Shown one piece after another: positions 10,852 through 20,739 of a DNA stretch of 64,000 bases. The position numbers were made by a program, and so were the translations under genes. The notes under the pieces were generated by a model. That model worked only from the letters and a program-made list of their open reading frames with translations, was not told where the DNA came from and ran no database searches. Every line of letters starts with the position of its first letter. Positions within the stretch are counted from its first letter, which is position 1. The stretch covers positions 717-64,716 of the forward strand of contig JAVBNQ010000002.1 in the NCBI GenBank assembly GCA_031551405.1. Reading direction: 5' to 3'. This DNA is from a bacterium (GTDB taxonomy: Bacteria; RUG730).

Positions 10852-13488
10852 ATGAATTTTGACAAATTTACTGAAAAAGCGCAGGAGGCTATTTCAAATG
10901 CCCAAGGATTGCTTTCTTCAAAAAAACAACAATTTCTCGATATAGAACATCTTTTATTCGTTATGCTGCAAGACGAAAACAGCGTTCCGTTTCTGCTCCT
11001 TAAAAAACTCAATCTGAATTTGAATATTTTGATGGAAAATCTGACAAGGAACATAAATGCAAGGCCAAGTGTCTCTGGAAATATCGGAATGTACATTTCT
11101 CCAGCTCTTGACGACGTGATAAAACGCAGCGTTAGAGAAGCCGAACACTTGAAAGACGAATATGTTTCGACTGAACATTTCTTGCTTGCTATAGTCGAAA
11201 GTCCGCAATTCTCCTGCCACGATTTTTTTCAGAAAAATGTTATTACAAAAGAATTGATTTATAAAGCACTTCTCGATATTCGAGGAAACGCAAAAATCTC
11301 CGATAAAAATCCGGAGTCAAAATATCAAATTCTAGAAAAGTACGCTAAAGATTTGACTGCTCTGGCCAAGCAGGGAAAACTCGATCCTGTCATCGGTCGA
11401 AATGAAGAAATCAGACGAGTCATGCAAGTTTTGTCAAGACGTACGAAAAATAACCCGGTTTTAATCGGTGAACCCGGCGTAGGGAAAACTGCGATTGCAG
11501 AAGGCCTGGCTCAGAGAATTATCGCAAACGACATCCCGGAATCTTTGAAAGACAAAAGGCTCATAAGTTTAGACTTGGGTGCTCTAATTGCAGGGACAAA
11601 ATTTAGAGGAGAATTTGAGGATAGACTCAAAGCCCTGCTAACAGAAATAGCAAAATCTAGTGGCGAGATAATTCTTTTTATCGACGAGCTGCACACGATA
11701 GTCGGAGCCGGAGCTGTCGACGGAGCGATGGATGCTTCGAACATGCTGAAACCTGCTTTGGCTCGAGGCGAATTGCACTGCATCGGCGCAACTACGCTGG
11801 CAGAATATCAAAAATATATTGAAAAAGACAAGGCTTTAGAACGCAGATTCCAACCTGTTATTGTCGGAGAACCAAGTCCTGAAGATGCAATTGCGATTTT
11901 GCGAGGAATCAAAGAGAAATATGAACTTCATCACGGAATCAGAATAAAAGACGAGGCCATCGTAGCAGCTGTGAATTTGTCATCAAGGTACATCAGCGAC
12001 AGGTTTTTGCCAGATAAAGCGATAGATTTGATCGATGAAGCTGCGTCAGCGCTCAGGATACAAATCGACAGTATGCCGATTGACATAGATTTACTCACTC
12101 GAAGAGTAATCCAGCTGGAAATCGAAAAAACTGCATTTAAAAAAGAATTAGACGAAGGCATCGAAAATAAAGATGATGTCGAGCCAATCAAACAAAAACT
12201 TCAAGATTTAGAGAAGACATTGGCTGCTCTAAAAACGCAAAAAGATGAACTTGTATTAAAATGGCAAATGCAAAAAGATCTTATCAAGTCAATTAGAGAT
12301 ATTCGAAAACAAATCGAAAATTACAAACTCGAAGAAAAACATGCTGAAATGCGAGGAGAATTTGCAAAAGTGGCTGAAATTCGTTACAGCATTTTGCGAG
12401 ATCTTGAACAAAAATTAACAGAAAATCGAGAAAAATTAAACAGCTTTAAAAAAGGTTCGCTTTTAAAAGAGGAAATTGGCGAAGAAGATGTAGCAATAAT
12501 CGTTTCAAAATGGACAAAAATCCCAGTCCTGAAAATGTTGGAAACCGAGCGGCAAAAACTTATTCACATAAAAGACAACCTAAAAAAACGCGTCATCGGA
12601 CAAGAACAAGCGATTGAAGTGGTCTCAAATGCTATTATTCGGTCAAGAGCTGGGCTCAAAGATCCATCTAGACCAATTGGTTCATTCATCTTCATGGGAC
12701 CAACCGGTGTAGGAAAAACAGAGCTTGCGAAAAGTCTGGCGGAATTTCTTTTTAACACGGAAAAAGCTCTGGTTCGCGTTGATATGTCGGAACTTATGGA
12801 AAAACATTCCGTCTCAAAATTAATCGGATCTCCTCCAGGATACGTCGGATACGATGAAGGCGGGCATTTGACAGAGATTGTTCGCAGAAATCCATTTTCT
12901 GTGATCTTGTTCGACGAAATTGAAAAAGCACATCAGGACGTTTTCAATATTTTGCTGCAGGTTTTAGATGATGGCAGGCTTACAGATGGAAAAGGCAGGA
13001 CCGTGGATTTCAAAAATTGTATTCTCATAATGACGTCAAATCTCGGCACAAACAATCGAGAAAAAATCCAAATCGGCTTTGAAAAAAATATTGACGAGAA
13101 AGCCGAAGAAACTCGAAAAAATAATCTTTTGCGGATTTTGAAAGAATATTTTAGGCCGGAATTTTTGAACAGAATCGACGAATTCGTAATATTTCACAGT
13201 TTGACAAAAGAAGACGTGCGGCAAATCGTGGATATCCAAGTCGAAAATTTACACAAAATGTTTGAAGCAAAAAATATAAGCCTAGTTTTCGATAATAAAG
13301 TAAAAGATTTTCTCGCGGAAAAAGGCTATGACAAAGAATTTGGAGCTCGGCCTCTCAGGCGCACGATAGAAAATTTGGTGCTAAATCCTTTGTCATTAAA
13401 AATTGTCGAAGACAAAGTTTCAGCAAAAAATAAAATAAACATTGATTTAAAAAACGGAACTATTTTTTTTAAAATCATAAAAAAATAA
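10852..13488 (+). CDS. clpB: ATP-dependent chaperone ClpB
   Basis: Two AAA modules ([16 protein letters not shown]), long middle coiled coil, 878 aa. Confidence 0.95.
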   Translation: MNFDKFTEKAQEAISNAQGLLSSKKQQFLDIEHLLFVMLQDENSVPFLLLKKLNLNLNILMENLTRNINARPSVSGNIGMYISPALDDVIKRSVREAEHLKDEYVSTEHFLLAIVESPQFSCHDFFQKNVITKELIYKALLDIRGNAKISDKNPESKYQILEKYAKDLTALAKQGKLDPVIGRNEEIRRVMQVLSRRTKNNPVLIGEPGVGKTAIAEGLAQRIIANDIPESLKDKRLISLDLGALIAGTKFRGEFEDRLKALLTEIAKSSGEIILFIDELHTIVGAGAVDGAMDASNMLKPALARGELHCIGATTLAEYQKYIEKDKALERRFQPVIVGEPSPEDAIAILRGIKEKYELHHGIRIKDEAIVAAVNLSSRYISDRFLPDKAIDLIDEAASALRIQIDSMPIDIDLLTRRVIQLEIEKTAFKKELDEGIENKDDVEPIKQKLQDLEKTLAALKTQKDELVLKWQMQKDLIKSIRDIRKQIENYKLEEKHAEMRGEFAKVAEIRYSILRDLEQKLTENREKLNSFKKGSLLKEEIGEEDVAIIVSKWTKIPVLKMLETERQKLIHIKDNLKKRVIGQEQAIEVVSNAIIRSRAGLKDPSRPIGSFIFMGPTGVGKTELAKSLAEFLFNTEKALVRVDMSELMEKHSVSKLIGSPPGYVGYDEGGHLTEIVRRNPFSVILFDEIEKAHQDVFNILLQVLDDGRLTDGKGRTVDFKNCILIMTSNLGTNNREKIQIGFEKNIDEKAEETRKNNLLRILKEYFRPEFLNRIDEFVIFHSLTKEDVRQIVDIQVENLHKMFEAKNISLVFDNKVKDFLAEKGYDKEFGARPLRRTIENLVLNPLSLKIVEDKVSAKNKINIDLKNGTIFFKIIKK

Positions 13489-13549
13489 TGTCCCTCAAAA
13501 AAAACTTGCATTTTCTCTCAAAATATAATAATAATTTCCCATTACTATG

Positions 13550-13639
13550 GGAGAGATACCCAAGTGGCTGAAGGGGCGGGTTTGCTAAACCTGTAGTAGG
13601 AGATTACTCCTAGCGAGGGTTCGAATCCCTCTCTCTCCG
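13550..13639 (+). tRNA. tRNA-Ser(GCT)
   Basis: GGAGAGA/TCTCTCC acceptor, anticodon arm GCGGGT-TTGCTAA region with GCT, long variable arm TAGGAG..CTCCTA, GGTTCGAATCC; CCA not encoded. Confidence 0.95.
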
Positions 13640-13660
13640 AATAAAAAAAGGAGGCTTTAA

Positions 13661-13894
13661 ATGGCTGAAAAAGTTTCAAAAGTCGGTATCAAAAGAGAAA
13701 AAGGATTCCTTTACTATCTAGACAAAGATGGTGACGTTTCAAGAGCAAAAATGGCTCGTGGAACAAGCAAAGGTGGAAATCCTACAAAAGTTTCAAAAGT
13801 CGGAGTCAAAAGAGAAAAAGGATTCCTTTATTTCTTAGATAAAGACGGTGATGTTGCAAGAGCAAAAATGGCTCGCGGCAAAAAAAAGAAATAA
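13661..13894 (+). CDS. Small very basic protein made of two 31-aa repeats, function unknown
   Basis: AGGAGG RBS; repeat KVSKVGxKREKGFLYxLDKDGDVxRAKMARG twice; downstream hairpin. Confidence 0.85.
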   Translation: MAEKVSKVGIKREKGFLYYLDKDGDVSRAKMARGTSKGGNPTKVSKVGVKREKGFLYFLDKDGDVARAKMARGKKKK

Positions 13895-13922
13895 GTTTAG
13901 CTTTTAATTTTCCTCATGATTT

Positions 13923-13958
13923 TACAGCCTAGTCTGGAAATTTCCAAACTAGGCTGTA
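13923..13958. terminator. Hairpin between convergent genes, likely bidirectional terminator
   Basis: TACAGCCTAGT...ACTAGGCTGTA 11-bp inverted repeat with an inner TGGAA/TTCCA stem. Confidence 0.75.
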
Positions 13959-13983
13959 GAAATTTATGGTTCTTTTAAAAAAG

Positions 13984-14865
13984 TTAACCTCGTGGATGGT
14001 ATTTTTTGTGCTGGCTTTTGACATGAGATTTATCGAGATGGGTATAAATCTGGGTGGTTGAAATATTACTGTGCCCAAGCAATTCCTGGACAATTCTTAT
14101 ATCCGCGTTATTCTCGATCAAATGCGTGGCAAACGAATGCCGCAAAGTATGCGGCGTTATATTTTTGTTAATGCCTGATTTGAGAGCATATTTTTTTATA
14201 ATCTTCCAAAATCCTACTCGTGAAAATGTTCTATTCCAATTGCTTAGAAACAAGTACGGCTGCTCTGAATAATAATTCAACCCCAAAAATTCCGATAAAT
14301 ATTTTTTAAGTAAACTTTTTGCAAAATCACCAAAAGGAATCAACCTTTCTTTCTCGCCTTTTCCTTTACATTTCACAAAATTTTCCGTTAAATCCAAGTC
14401 TTCTTTTTTGAGATTTATGATCTCTGAAATTCGCATTCCTGTCGAATATAAAACTTCTAGCATTGCCTTGTCTCTGAGCCCTGACGCAGTTCTTTCGTCT
14501 GGTTGGGCTAGCAGCTGCTCTATTTCCTCAAAAGTCAAATATTCCGGAAGATTAAACGAAATTTTTGGACTAGATAAATTTGCCGTCGGATCGTTTGTTG
14601 TATAATTTTCCATTATCAGAAATCTATGAAATAATTTTATTGACGTAGAAAATCTAGCCAAAGTTTTTGCGCTTAAAGATTCGTTTTTTCTTTCCCACAA
14701 ATAATCGACGATATCTTGGTGCGTGACCTTGAATAATTCGATATTTTTTCGAGCCAAAAATTCAACGTAAAAATCCAAGTCCTTTTTGTAGCTCGCAAGA
14801 GTATTTTTTGCTAAATTTCGCTCTACTCGCAAATACTCGATAAATTCTTTTATAAAATTTTGCAT
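13984..14865 (-). CDS. xerD: Tyrosine recombinase XerD
   Basis: RDKAMLEVLYSTGMRISE, GKGEKERLIP, TPHTLRHSFATH, LLGHSNISTTQIYTH, HPRG. Confidence 0.92.
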   Translation of the reverse strand: MQNFIKEFIEYLRVERNLAKNTLASYKKDLDFYVEFLARKNIELFKVTHQDIVDYLWERKNESLSAKTLARFSTSIKLFHRFLIMENYTTNDPTANLSSPKISFNLPEYLTFEEIEQLLAQPDERTASGLRDKAMLEVLYSTGMRISEIINLKKEDLDLTENFVKCKGKGEKERLIPFGDFAKSLLKKYLSEFLGLNYYSEQPYLFLSNWNRTFSRVGFWKIIKKYALKSGINKNITPHTLRHSFATHLIENNADIRIVQELLGHSNISTTQIYTHLDKSHVKSQHKKYHPRG

Positions 14866-14867
14866 TT

Positions 14868-15446
14868 TTACAACTGCTTATATTTTGCGAGCAGAAATTT
14901 TTCTATTTTCGTTTTCAAATTTTTGTTCAAAATATAAACGTGTTTGTAAAAATATCCATCCTCACCTTTTACTCCGGGCCACGAAATCCACGGTCCTTTT
15001 TTACCGGTCATCATACCGCAAACCACCAAAATTTTCTCGTCTAAAACGAGTTCTAGATTAGCTTTTCGCGATTTCGAATTTTTTATGTCCGACGCATCAT
15101 TTAACCGAAAAACTACTTTACTCAAATCAAATTTATACGGAGTTTCTTTGTAATTTTTGATAGATTTTATAATCTGTTCTTCGAGATTAGGGTCGAGGAT
15201 TACGACTTGCGGATATTTGGATTTGTTTGCGGCTTCATACGACGGAAACTCAATGCTTCCATCCTTAAAAAATTTAATATTTTCAATCACCAGGTAATTA
15301 TTCAAAATTATCCTGACTCTCGTGTAATTTTTATCTTTTACAGAAATCACGCTAGTAATTTTATACTCGTTTGCAAGCAAAAAATTCGTAAACAAAAACA
15401 CAAATAAAACAATTTTGATGAGCTTTGGACAAGGCTTTTTTAGCAT
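14868..15446 (-). CDS. Tandem SpoVG-like domain protein with N-terminal signal/anchor
   Basis: IILNNYLVIENIK..IEFPS and LVLDEKILV...GKKGPWISWPG..DG.F resemble SpoVG; hydrophobic N-terminus. Confidence 0.6.
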   Translation of the reverse strand: MLKKPCPKLIKIVLFVFLFTNFLLANEYKITSVISVKDKNYTRVRIILNNYLVIENIKFFKDGSIEFPSYEAANKSKYPQVVILDPNLEEQIIKSIKNYKETPYKFDLSKVVFRLNDASDIKNSKSRKANLELVLDEKILVVCGMMTGKKGPWISWPGVKGEDGYFYKHVYILNKNLKTKIEKFLLAKYKQL

Positions 15447-15459
15447 AAAATTTCGCCTA

Positions 15460-16032
15460 CTATAAAAAAATAAATTTCAAAATTAAAATCGCAAAAATAG
15501 AAAAAAGCCCAAATAATGCTCGGTATTCTTTGTTTTTCATAAAAACTTTTTTATCAAAAGCTTTTGTTTTTGATGATGCATATTTCCTAAAATTTGGGAA
15601 AAGCATATTTACTTTTGCCTTGTAATCTAAATATTCTCCGTTATATTTTTCAATCAAAACGCTTTCTTCTTTTTTCAAAACAGGAATGTAAACTGACAAA
15701 AATAAAGCTAAATAAACTAAAGTCAAGCTAGTCCCAAATCCAAAGTTTTCCAACGAGAAAACTGCAACGCAAAGCCCAAATCCCATAACGAGACTTCCCA
15801 AATAAAGCGGATGCCTCACGTACGCGTAAGGGCCATAAGTCGCAAGCTCGTCAGTTTTTATGATAAATCCTGATGCGATTAGTCTAATAATTTCACCAAT
15901 TGATGCAATGATCAATCCAACTATCAAAAAAAATCCAGACGATGGTTTTGCAAAAATCAGATAAAAAAGCCCAAATAAAAATCCCAAAAAAACACGTTTT
16001 TTATATAAAAATTCTATAAATTTTGAATCCAC
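15460..16032 (-). CDS. Isoprenylcysteine carboxyl methyltransferase/PEMT family membrane protein
   Basis: GPYAYVRHPLYLG, EE..L...Y..Y motif, several TM helices. Confidence 0.85.
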   Translation of the reverse strand: MDSKFIEFLYKKRVFLGFLFGLFYLIFAKPSSGFFLIVGLIIASIGEIIRLIASGFIIKTDELATYGPYAYVRHPLYLGSLVMGFGLCVAVFSLENFGFGTSLTLVYLALFLSVYIPVLKKEESVLIEKYNGEYLDYKAKVNMLFPNFRKYASSKTKAFDKKVFMKNKEYRALFGLFSIFAILILKFIFL

Positions 16033-16102
16033 TTTTGATTACTCCTGTTATCGAAGAATTTAATTTTTTCTAGATGATAACTATTTTATAAAAATCTCAA
16101 CC

Positions 16103-16441
16103 TTAAAATATTCCGGTCGAAAGTTCGTTAACATATGCAAGATATTTTTTCAAATCACAGTCTTCCGCTTCAAACTTAAATCCAATCAAAAACTCATCAT
16201 TTCCCAAGTCAGTGCTCCAAATTACCGTAGCTTTTGCACGACATAAAAATTTTTCTTTAAGCTCCATATCAAGTCCAACTTTTGCCGTCTCGACAAAATC
16301 TCTCTGAAAAACACCACAAATTCCTTGAAAACTTATATTAATACTTTGTCCCTCGCAAATTTTTTCATCGTTTAAAATTATATTTATTTTTATGTTCCTT
16401 TCATTGATTCTGAGTCCTATTCTATTATTTTGTATATCCAT
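16103..16441 (-). CDS. Stand-alone PilZ domain protein
   Basis: RIGLR (RxxxR), NISFQG (D/NxSxxG), VIW..., IGFKF. Confidence 0.75.
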   Translation of the reverse strand: MDIQNNRIGLRINERNIKINIILNDEKICEGQSINISFQGICGVFQRDFVETAKVGLDMELKEKFLCRAKATVIWSTDLGNDEFLIGFKFEAEDCDLKKYLAYVNELSTGIF

Positions 16442-16474
16442 AAATTCCCTCCTGTTTTTTCAATTTTCCGGAAA

Positions 16475-17242
16475 TTATATAAGATTTAAATCAAGACAAA
16501 TTGGACAATGATCAGAACCAAAAATATGAGACATTATCGACGATTTTTTTACAAAGCGCATAAATTCTGCGTTTACAAAAAAGTAATCGATTCTCCAGCC
16601 AATATTTTTTTCACGAGCTTTGAATTTGTACGACCACCAAGTATAGTTATTCGGCGCTTGATCAAAAACGCGAAAAGTATCCACATATCCAAATTGCTCT
16701 ATTTTATCGATCCAGTCTCGTTCTATTTGCAAAAAACCTGAGGCGTCTTTATTAGCTTTTGGCCTCGCAAGATCGATTTCTTTATGAGCCGTGTTATAAT
16801 CTCCGCAAATAACTAAATTCTTCCCACTATTTTTCAATTTATTGCAAATCTCAAAAAAATCTCTATAAAAATCCAATTTATAATTAAGCCGATCTTCGTT
16901 CATTCCGCCGTTTGGAAAATAGACGTTAAACAAAATAAAATCGTCAAAATCAAGCCTCAAAATTCGGCCTTCAACATCATATTTCAAAATATCGATTTTT
17001 TTCGATACAAAATTTGGTTTAACTTTACTAAAAACTGCAACTCCGCTATAACCTTTTCTTGCCGCAGAATTTATGTAAATTTCGTAATTTTTTAAGTTTT
17101 TCAATTCACTTTCTATATCAATGTGAGAAGCCTTTATCTCTTGCAAACACAAAATATCCGGGTTTTCTTCATCAATAACGTCAAAAAAGTTTTTTTTCAA
17201 ACAAGATCTGAGACCATTCACATTCCATGAGATGATTTTCAT
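16475..17242 (-). CDS. xth: Exodeoxyribonuclease III / AP endonuclease
   Basis: SWNVNGLR, LQEIK, GDYNTAH, GWRIDY, GSDHCP. Confidence 0.95.
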   Translation of the reverse strand: MKIISWNVNGLRSCLKKNFFDVIDEENPDILCLQEIKASHIDIESELKNLKNYEIYINSAARKGYSGVAVFSKVKPNFVSKKIDILKYDVEGRILRLDFDDFILFNVYFPNGGMNEDRLNYKLDFYRDFFEICNKLKNSGKNLVICGDYNTAHKEIDLARPKANKDASGFLQIERDWIDKIEQFGYVDTFRVFDQAPNNYTWWSYKFKAREKNIGWRIDYFFVNAEFMRFVKKSSIMSHIFGSDHCPICLDLNLI

Positions 17243-17535
17243 TTTATTAAATCTTTTATGTCTCCAAAGACCTTGTTAAAATTTTCTGCAAATTCCATCA
17301 AATATTCCGAATAAACCATAATTCTGTCTCGACGAAAAGTCATATCTTTTTGTGTTTTTGACTCTGTAATTACCATGTATTTGCTACCATCGGCATTTTC
17401 TTTTACATCAAAAAAATAAGTTCTTTTCCCAAGTTTGAGTTTGTGCGTGTAAAGATCTTTTTTTAGGTTTCGGTTATTCGAATCCCGTTTTTCTCCGAAC
17501 TCATGCCCAAAACTTTCGCCAAAATTATTTTCCAT
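17239..17535 (-). CDS. PUR-like (DUF3276) single-stranded nucleic-acid-binding protein
   Basis: GKRTYFFDVKE...YMVITES..R.RIMVY.E. Confidence 0.85.
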   Translation of the reverse strand: MENNFGESFGHEFGEKRDSNNRNLKKDLYTHKLKLGKRTYFFDVKENADGSKYMVITESKTQKDMTFRRDRIMVYSEYLMEFAENFNKVFGDIKDLIK

Positions 17536-17552
17536 TCTTCCTCCTTTTTTTT

Positions 17553-18237
17553 CTACAGTAAATTTTTTTCGTTAAAACTAAAAAAACCGTTTTTTGCGAC
17601 TATCAAATGATCCAAAAGCATAACATGAATTGACTCAAGAACCTTTTTCAGTTTGAGTGTAAGTTCAAGATCAGCTTCTGATGGCTCCAGATTTCCTGAC
17701 GGATGATTGTGAGCCAAAATCACAGCACTTGCATTCACATCTAAAATTTTTGCCAAAAAATTCCTCGGATAAACCACAACTTCATCGATTGTTCCTCTAG
17801 CTATAATTTCGTAGCTTATCACAGCATTCTTGTTGTCAATAAATATCACGACGACTTCTTCGTTTTTGCTGCTCCCTAGCAAAAGCCTCAAAAATTTGTA
17901 AGCAGACTCTGAAGTCTCTATAATTTCAAGTGTATCTAACGAATTTTTCTCATCTATAAATCTTCTTTCTGAAACTTTTATAAAAAAAACTTCAAAAAAT
18001 AAACGCTATGATCCGATAACCCTTTTATTTCTCGCAATTCTTTTGGATCTACGTCAAAAATATTTTGAATAGTATGAAATTTTGCCAAAAGATCTTTCGC
18101 AATCTTTTTGGTATCTCGACGAGGAATTGCATAAAAAAGAGCCATTTCCAAAATCTCGGAATCATACCAGCCGGTAATCCAGACTTTTTATATTTTTCGA
18201 GGACGCGTTTTCTATGTCCATGATTCAAATTTTCCAA
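17553..18237 (-). pseudogene. radC: RadC/JAB-MPN protein, broken by two frameshifts
   Basis: GHRKR N-terminus, then shifted-frame EILEMALFYAIPRRDTK, then after a T8 run the JAB domain GTID..VYPR, AHNHPSG, SEAD, LLDH. Confidence 0.85.
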
Positions 18238-18240
18238 TTT

Positions 18241-18753
18241 TTACAGCCACCCGCAATGAACTAAAGCCGCGATCGTCTTAGAATCTTGTAATTCTCCGGT
18301 CTCAAACAACTTTTTTACGTCTGTTTTTTTCATTGTAATCGTCTCAATAATTTCTGTTTCGCCTTGAGATCGCGAATTATTTTTTGCTAAACTAGAAGCT
18401 TTAAAAATGAATATTTTTTCAGTCGAATATCCAGGACATAAAAATATTTCACCTAATTTCTGCCAAACTTTTGCCTCGTAGCCTATTTCCTCGATGAGCT
18501 CGCGTTTTGCTGTTTCGAGCGGATTTTCTCCAGGATCAATAGTTCCGGCCGGAAGCTCGTAAATAAATTTTTCTATGACGGGTCTGTATTGTTTGATAAA
18601 AATAATTTCGCCATCTGACAAAAAGGGAATCATGAGAGCTGCTCCCAAATGCTCTATAAACTCGATTTGAGTCCGTTTTTTATTCGGAAGCTCTATTTTT
18701 TGCGTTTTGATTTTAAGAAATTTCAACTCTTCTGTCTGCAACTCGATCTCCAA
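18241..18753 (-). CDS. NUDIX hydrolase (ADP-ribose pyrophosphatase-like)
   Basis: QYRP, ELPAG, GENPLETAKRELIEEIG, DSKT. Confidence 0.9.
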   Translation of the reverse strand: MEIELQTEELKFLKIKTQKIELPNKKRTQIEFIEHLGAALMIPFLSDGEIIFIKQYRPVIEKFIYELPAGTIDPGENPLETAKRELIEEIGYEAKVWQKLGEIFLCPGYSTEKIFIFKASSLAKNNSRSQGETEIIETITMKKTDVKKLFETGELQDSKTIAALVHCGWL

Positions 18754-19408
18754 AACTAGTGATTTCCAAACTTATTCCTTTCAAATGTTCGGCAATTTCG
18801 CCAAAATCCAACGAATTTATCGCAAAATTTACTGCTTTTTTAAGATTTTCCGAGTTCGAATTGAAAGCCACGGAATATCCAACTTTTTCAGCAATAAAAA
18901 TATCATTTTCTCCGTCGCCAACAAAAATAATTTCATCATAACGCAAGTTACATTTCTCGATATAAAAATCAAGATTTATCAATTTCTTATAATCAACGTT
19001 CACTTTTATGTCGCCACTCAAAAAACCATTTACACTCGGCAATTCATTGTAAACCATAAAATCAAAAAATTTTGACAAGTCCAAAATTTCAGGAATAAAC
19101 TGTAATCCCGACGATATCGCAATTAACTTAAAACCAAATTCCTTCAGATCTTTCAAATTTTCATGTAAATTTTTTGGCGTCTCGATCTGCCTAAACATCT
19201 CATAAACCTTATTCGACGGCAATCCCTTGAAACATCTCGCTTCAAGCTTGCAAAACTCCGAGTAAGTAATATGTCTTTCAGAAAAAGCTTCTTTGTAAAA
19301 AAAAGCGCTTGAATTCCAAGTATTACAACAGTCGTGGATGTGCTTCCAAGGATTGTCTAAACGCGTCAAAGTTCCGTCGATATCAAAAATGATTGCTTTA
19401 TATTTCAC
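18713..19408 (-). CDS. HAD-family phosphatase (phosphoserine phosphatase-like)
   Basis: FDIDGTLT, ISSG, VGDGEND; GTG start placed just after the comF stop. Confidence 0.82.
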   Translation of the reverse strand: MKYKAIIFDIDGTLTRLDNPWKHIHDCCNTWNSSAFFYKEAFSERHITYSEFCKLEARCFKGLPSNKVYEMFRQIETPKNLHENLKDLKEFGFKLIAISSGLQFIPEILDLSKFFDFMVYNELPSVNGFLSGDIKVNVDYKKLINLDFYIEKCNLRYDEIIFVGDGENDIFIAEKVGYSVAFNSNSENLKKAVNFAINSLDFGEIAEHLKGISLEITSFGDRVADRRVEIS

Positions 19409-19409
19409 A

Positions 19410-20168
19410 TCAATCTCCGTGAGCCATACAAAAAACGAAAACCGAATTCGCTCCTTTTTCAACAAGCAATTTTGTAATAGAGTTAATCGTTAGTCCTGTC
19501 GTCGAAATATCATCTACAAGCAAAATATTTTTCCCTAGCAAAATTTCTGGGATCGAAACTTCAAAAGCATTTCCCAATTCTTTTTCGCGTTTTTCCTTCG
19601 ATAATTTGAAAAAAAATTGTGTATTTTTTGCCTTTTTTATAATCGTCTCGTCCATTTCTATCCCGAGCAAATCCTGCAAAATATTTGCGAGCAAAACCGA
19701 TTGGTTATAACCTCTTTTTTGTAGTCTAGACCGATGAATAGGAACCGGAATTATAAAGTCGATATTCTCGGATAAAGTCTTGAGTTCGTCCAAAAGTTCT
19801 TCGTTCGAACAAAGCAAATTGTAAAAAAAATCCAAGTTTTCTAAGCTTTTTTCCGACGGATTATATTTGAGTTGATGCAAAAAATATTTTACAACGCCCT
19901 CGTAATAAAATCCCACAAAAAGCTTTTCATAATAAATTCTCTTGTCTCTGCAATCAGCACACCAATCTTGTTTCAGATCCAACGGTCTACCGCATTTATT
20001 GCAACAAATTTCAACTTTTTCAATTGATCCGACACATTTGTCGCAAACCTTGTTTTCGTTCATTTCTAGGCTATTTTTGCAAACTTGACAAGTACCCGGA
20101 AACATTAACGACAAAATTTTTTCAATGCTATTTTTTGCAAAATTTAATATGCCTAAACTTCCTGTCAT
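19410..20168 (-). CDS. comF: ComF-family protein (double zinc ribbon + PRTase)
   Basis: CxxC pairs, LKY, PVPIH, RGYNQS, LLVDDISTTG. Confidence 0.9.
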   Translation of the reverse strand: MTGSLGILNFAKNSIEKILSLMFPGTCQVCKNSLEMNENKVCDKCVGSIEKVEICCNKCGRPLDLKQDWCADCRDKRIYYEKLFVGFYYEGVVKYFLHQLKYNPSEKSLENLDFFYNLLCSNEELLDELKTLSENIDFIIPVPIHRSRLQKRGYNQSVLLANILQDLLGIEMDETIIKKAKNTQFFFKLSKEKREKELGNAFEVSIPEILLGKNILLVDDISTTGLTINSITKLLVEKGANSVFVFCMAHGD

Positions 20169-20172
20169 AAAT

Positions 20173-20739
20173 TTACGAATAAATTTTCTCGCTTACGCCG
20201 GAAACTGCGAACCAGCCATCGATTGTTCGAATTACGATATCGTTTGCCAATTTATCGATAGCAACATTTTGAGCTTCGCTTTCTGTCGTCGGAGTTAAAA
20301 AACCAGAGGCAGTCGATAACGTGTTATATTCAACTTTTGCCTCTAGTTTGTTTTCAGTCCACAAAATTTGCTTTGTCGTCGCATCATAAAGCGAAATGTC
20401 AATCCAAACCCAGAGTGAATATTTCATGACTATTTTATCTTTGTTATACTCAATTGGCTGCAAAAGGTACCTTGAAATTTGTCCAACCAAAACCGCGTCT
20501 GCTGTTTCCATCTCGACTAACTCGACTCGTCTGTCCGTTGTAAATTTATCTTTTACCGTAAAATAAAGTTTGTCTTGAAAATCCGGTTTATTGACGATAT
20601 CTTTAAATTTCATTACTGCAATTTTTTTTATGTGTTGAGGAAGTGTGTTCGTCGTGACAAACTTTTCATATTCACTGCCACACCCAAATAAAAAAAATAT
20701 CCCAACTAGAAAAAAATAAAAATTCTTTTTAATTAACAT
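20173..20739 (-). CDS. LptE-like lipoprotein
   Basis: Lipobox LFGC, LPQHIKKIAV, ADAVLVGQI, ESEA...AIDKLANDIV. Confidence 0.7.
   Translation of the reverse strand: MLIKKNFYFFLVGIFFLFGCGSEYEKFVTTNTLPQHIKKIAVMKFKDIVNKPDFQDKLYFTVKDKFTTDRRVELVEMETADAVLVGQISRYLLQPIEYNKDKIVMKYSLWVWIDISLYDATTKQILWTENKLEAKVEYNTLSTASGFLTPTTESEAQNVAIDKLANDIVIRTIDGWFAVSGVSEKIYS

Noticed and set aside
13550-14865. tRNA next to a tyrosine recombinase as an integrated element
   Set aside because: The recombinase is a typical chromosomal XerD; no duplicated tRNA 3' end (att) seen
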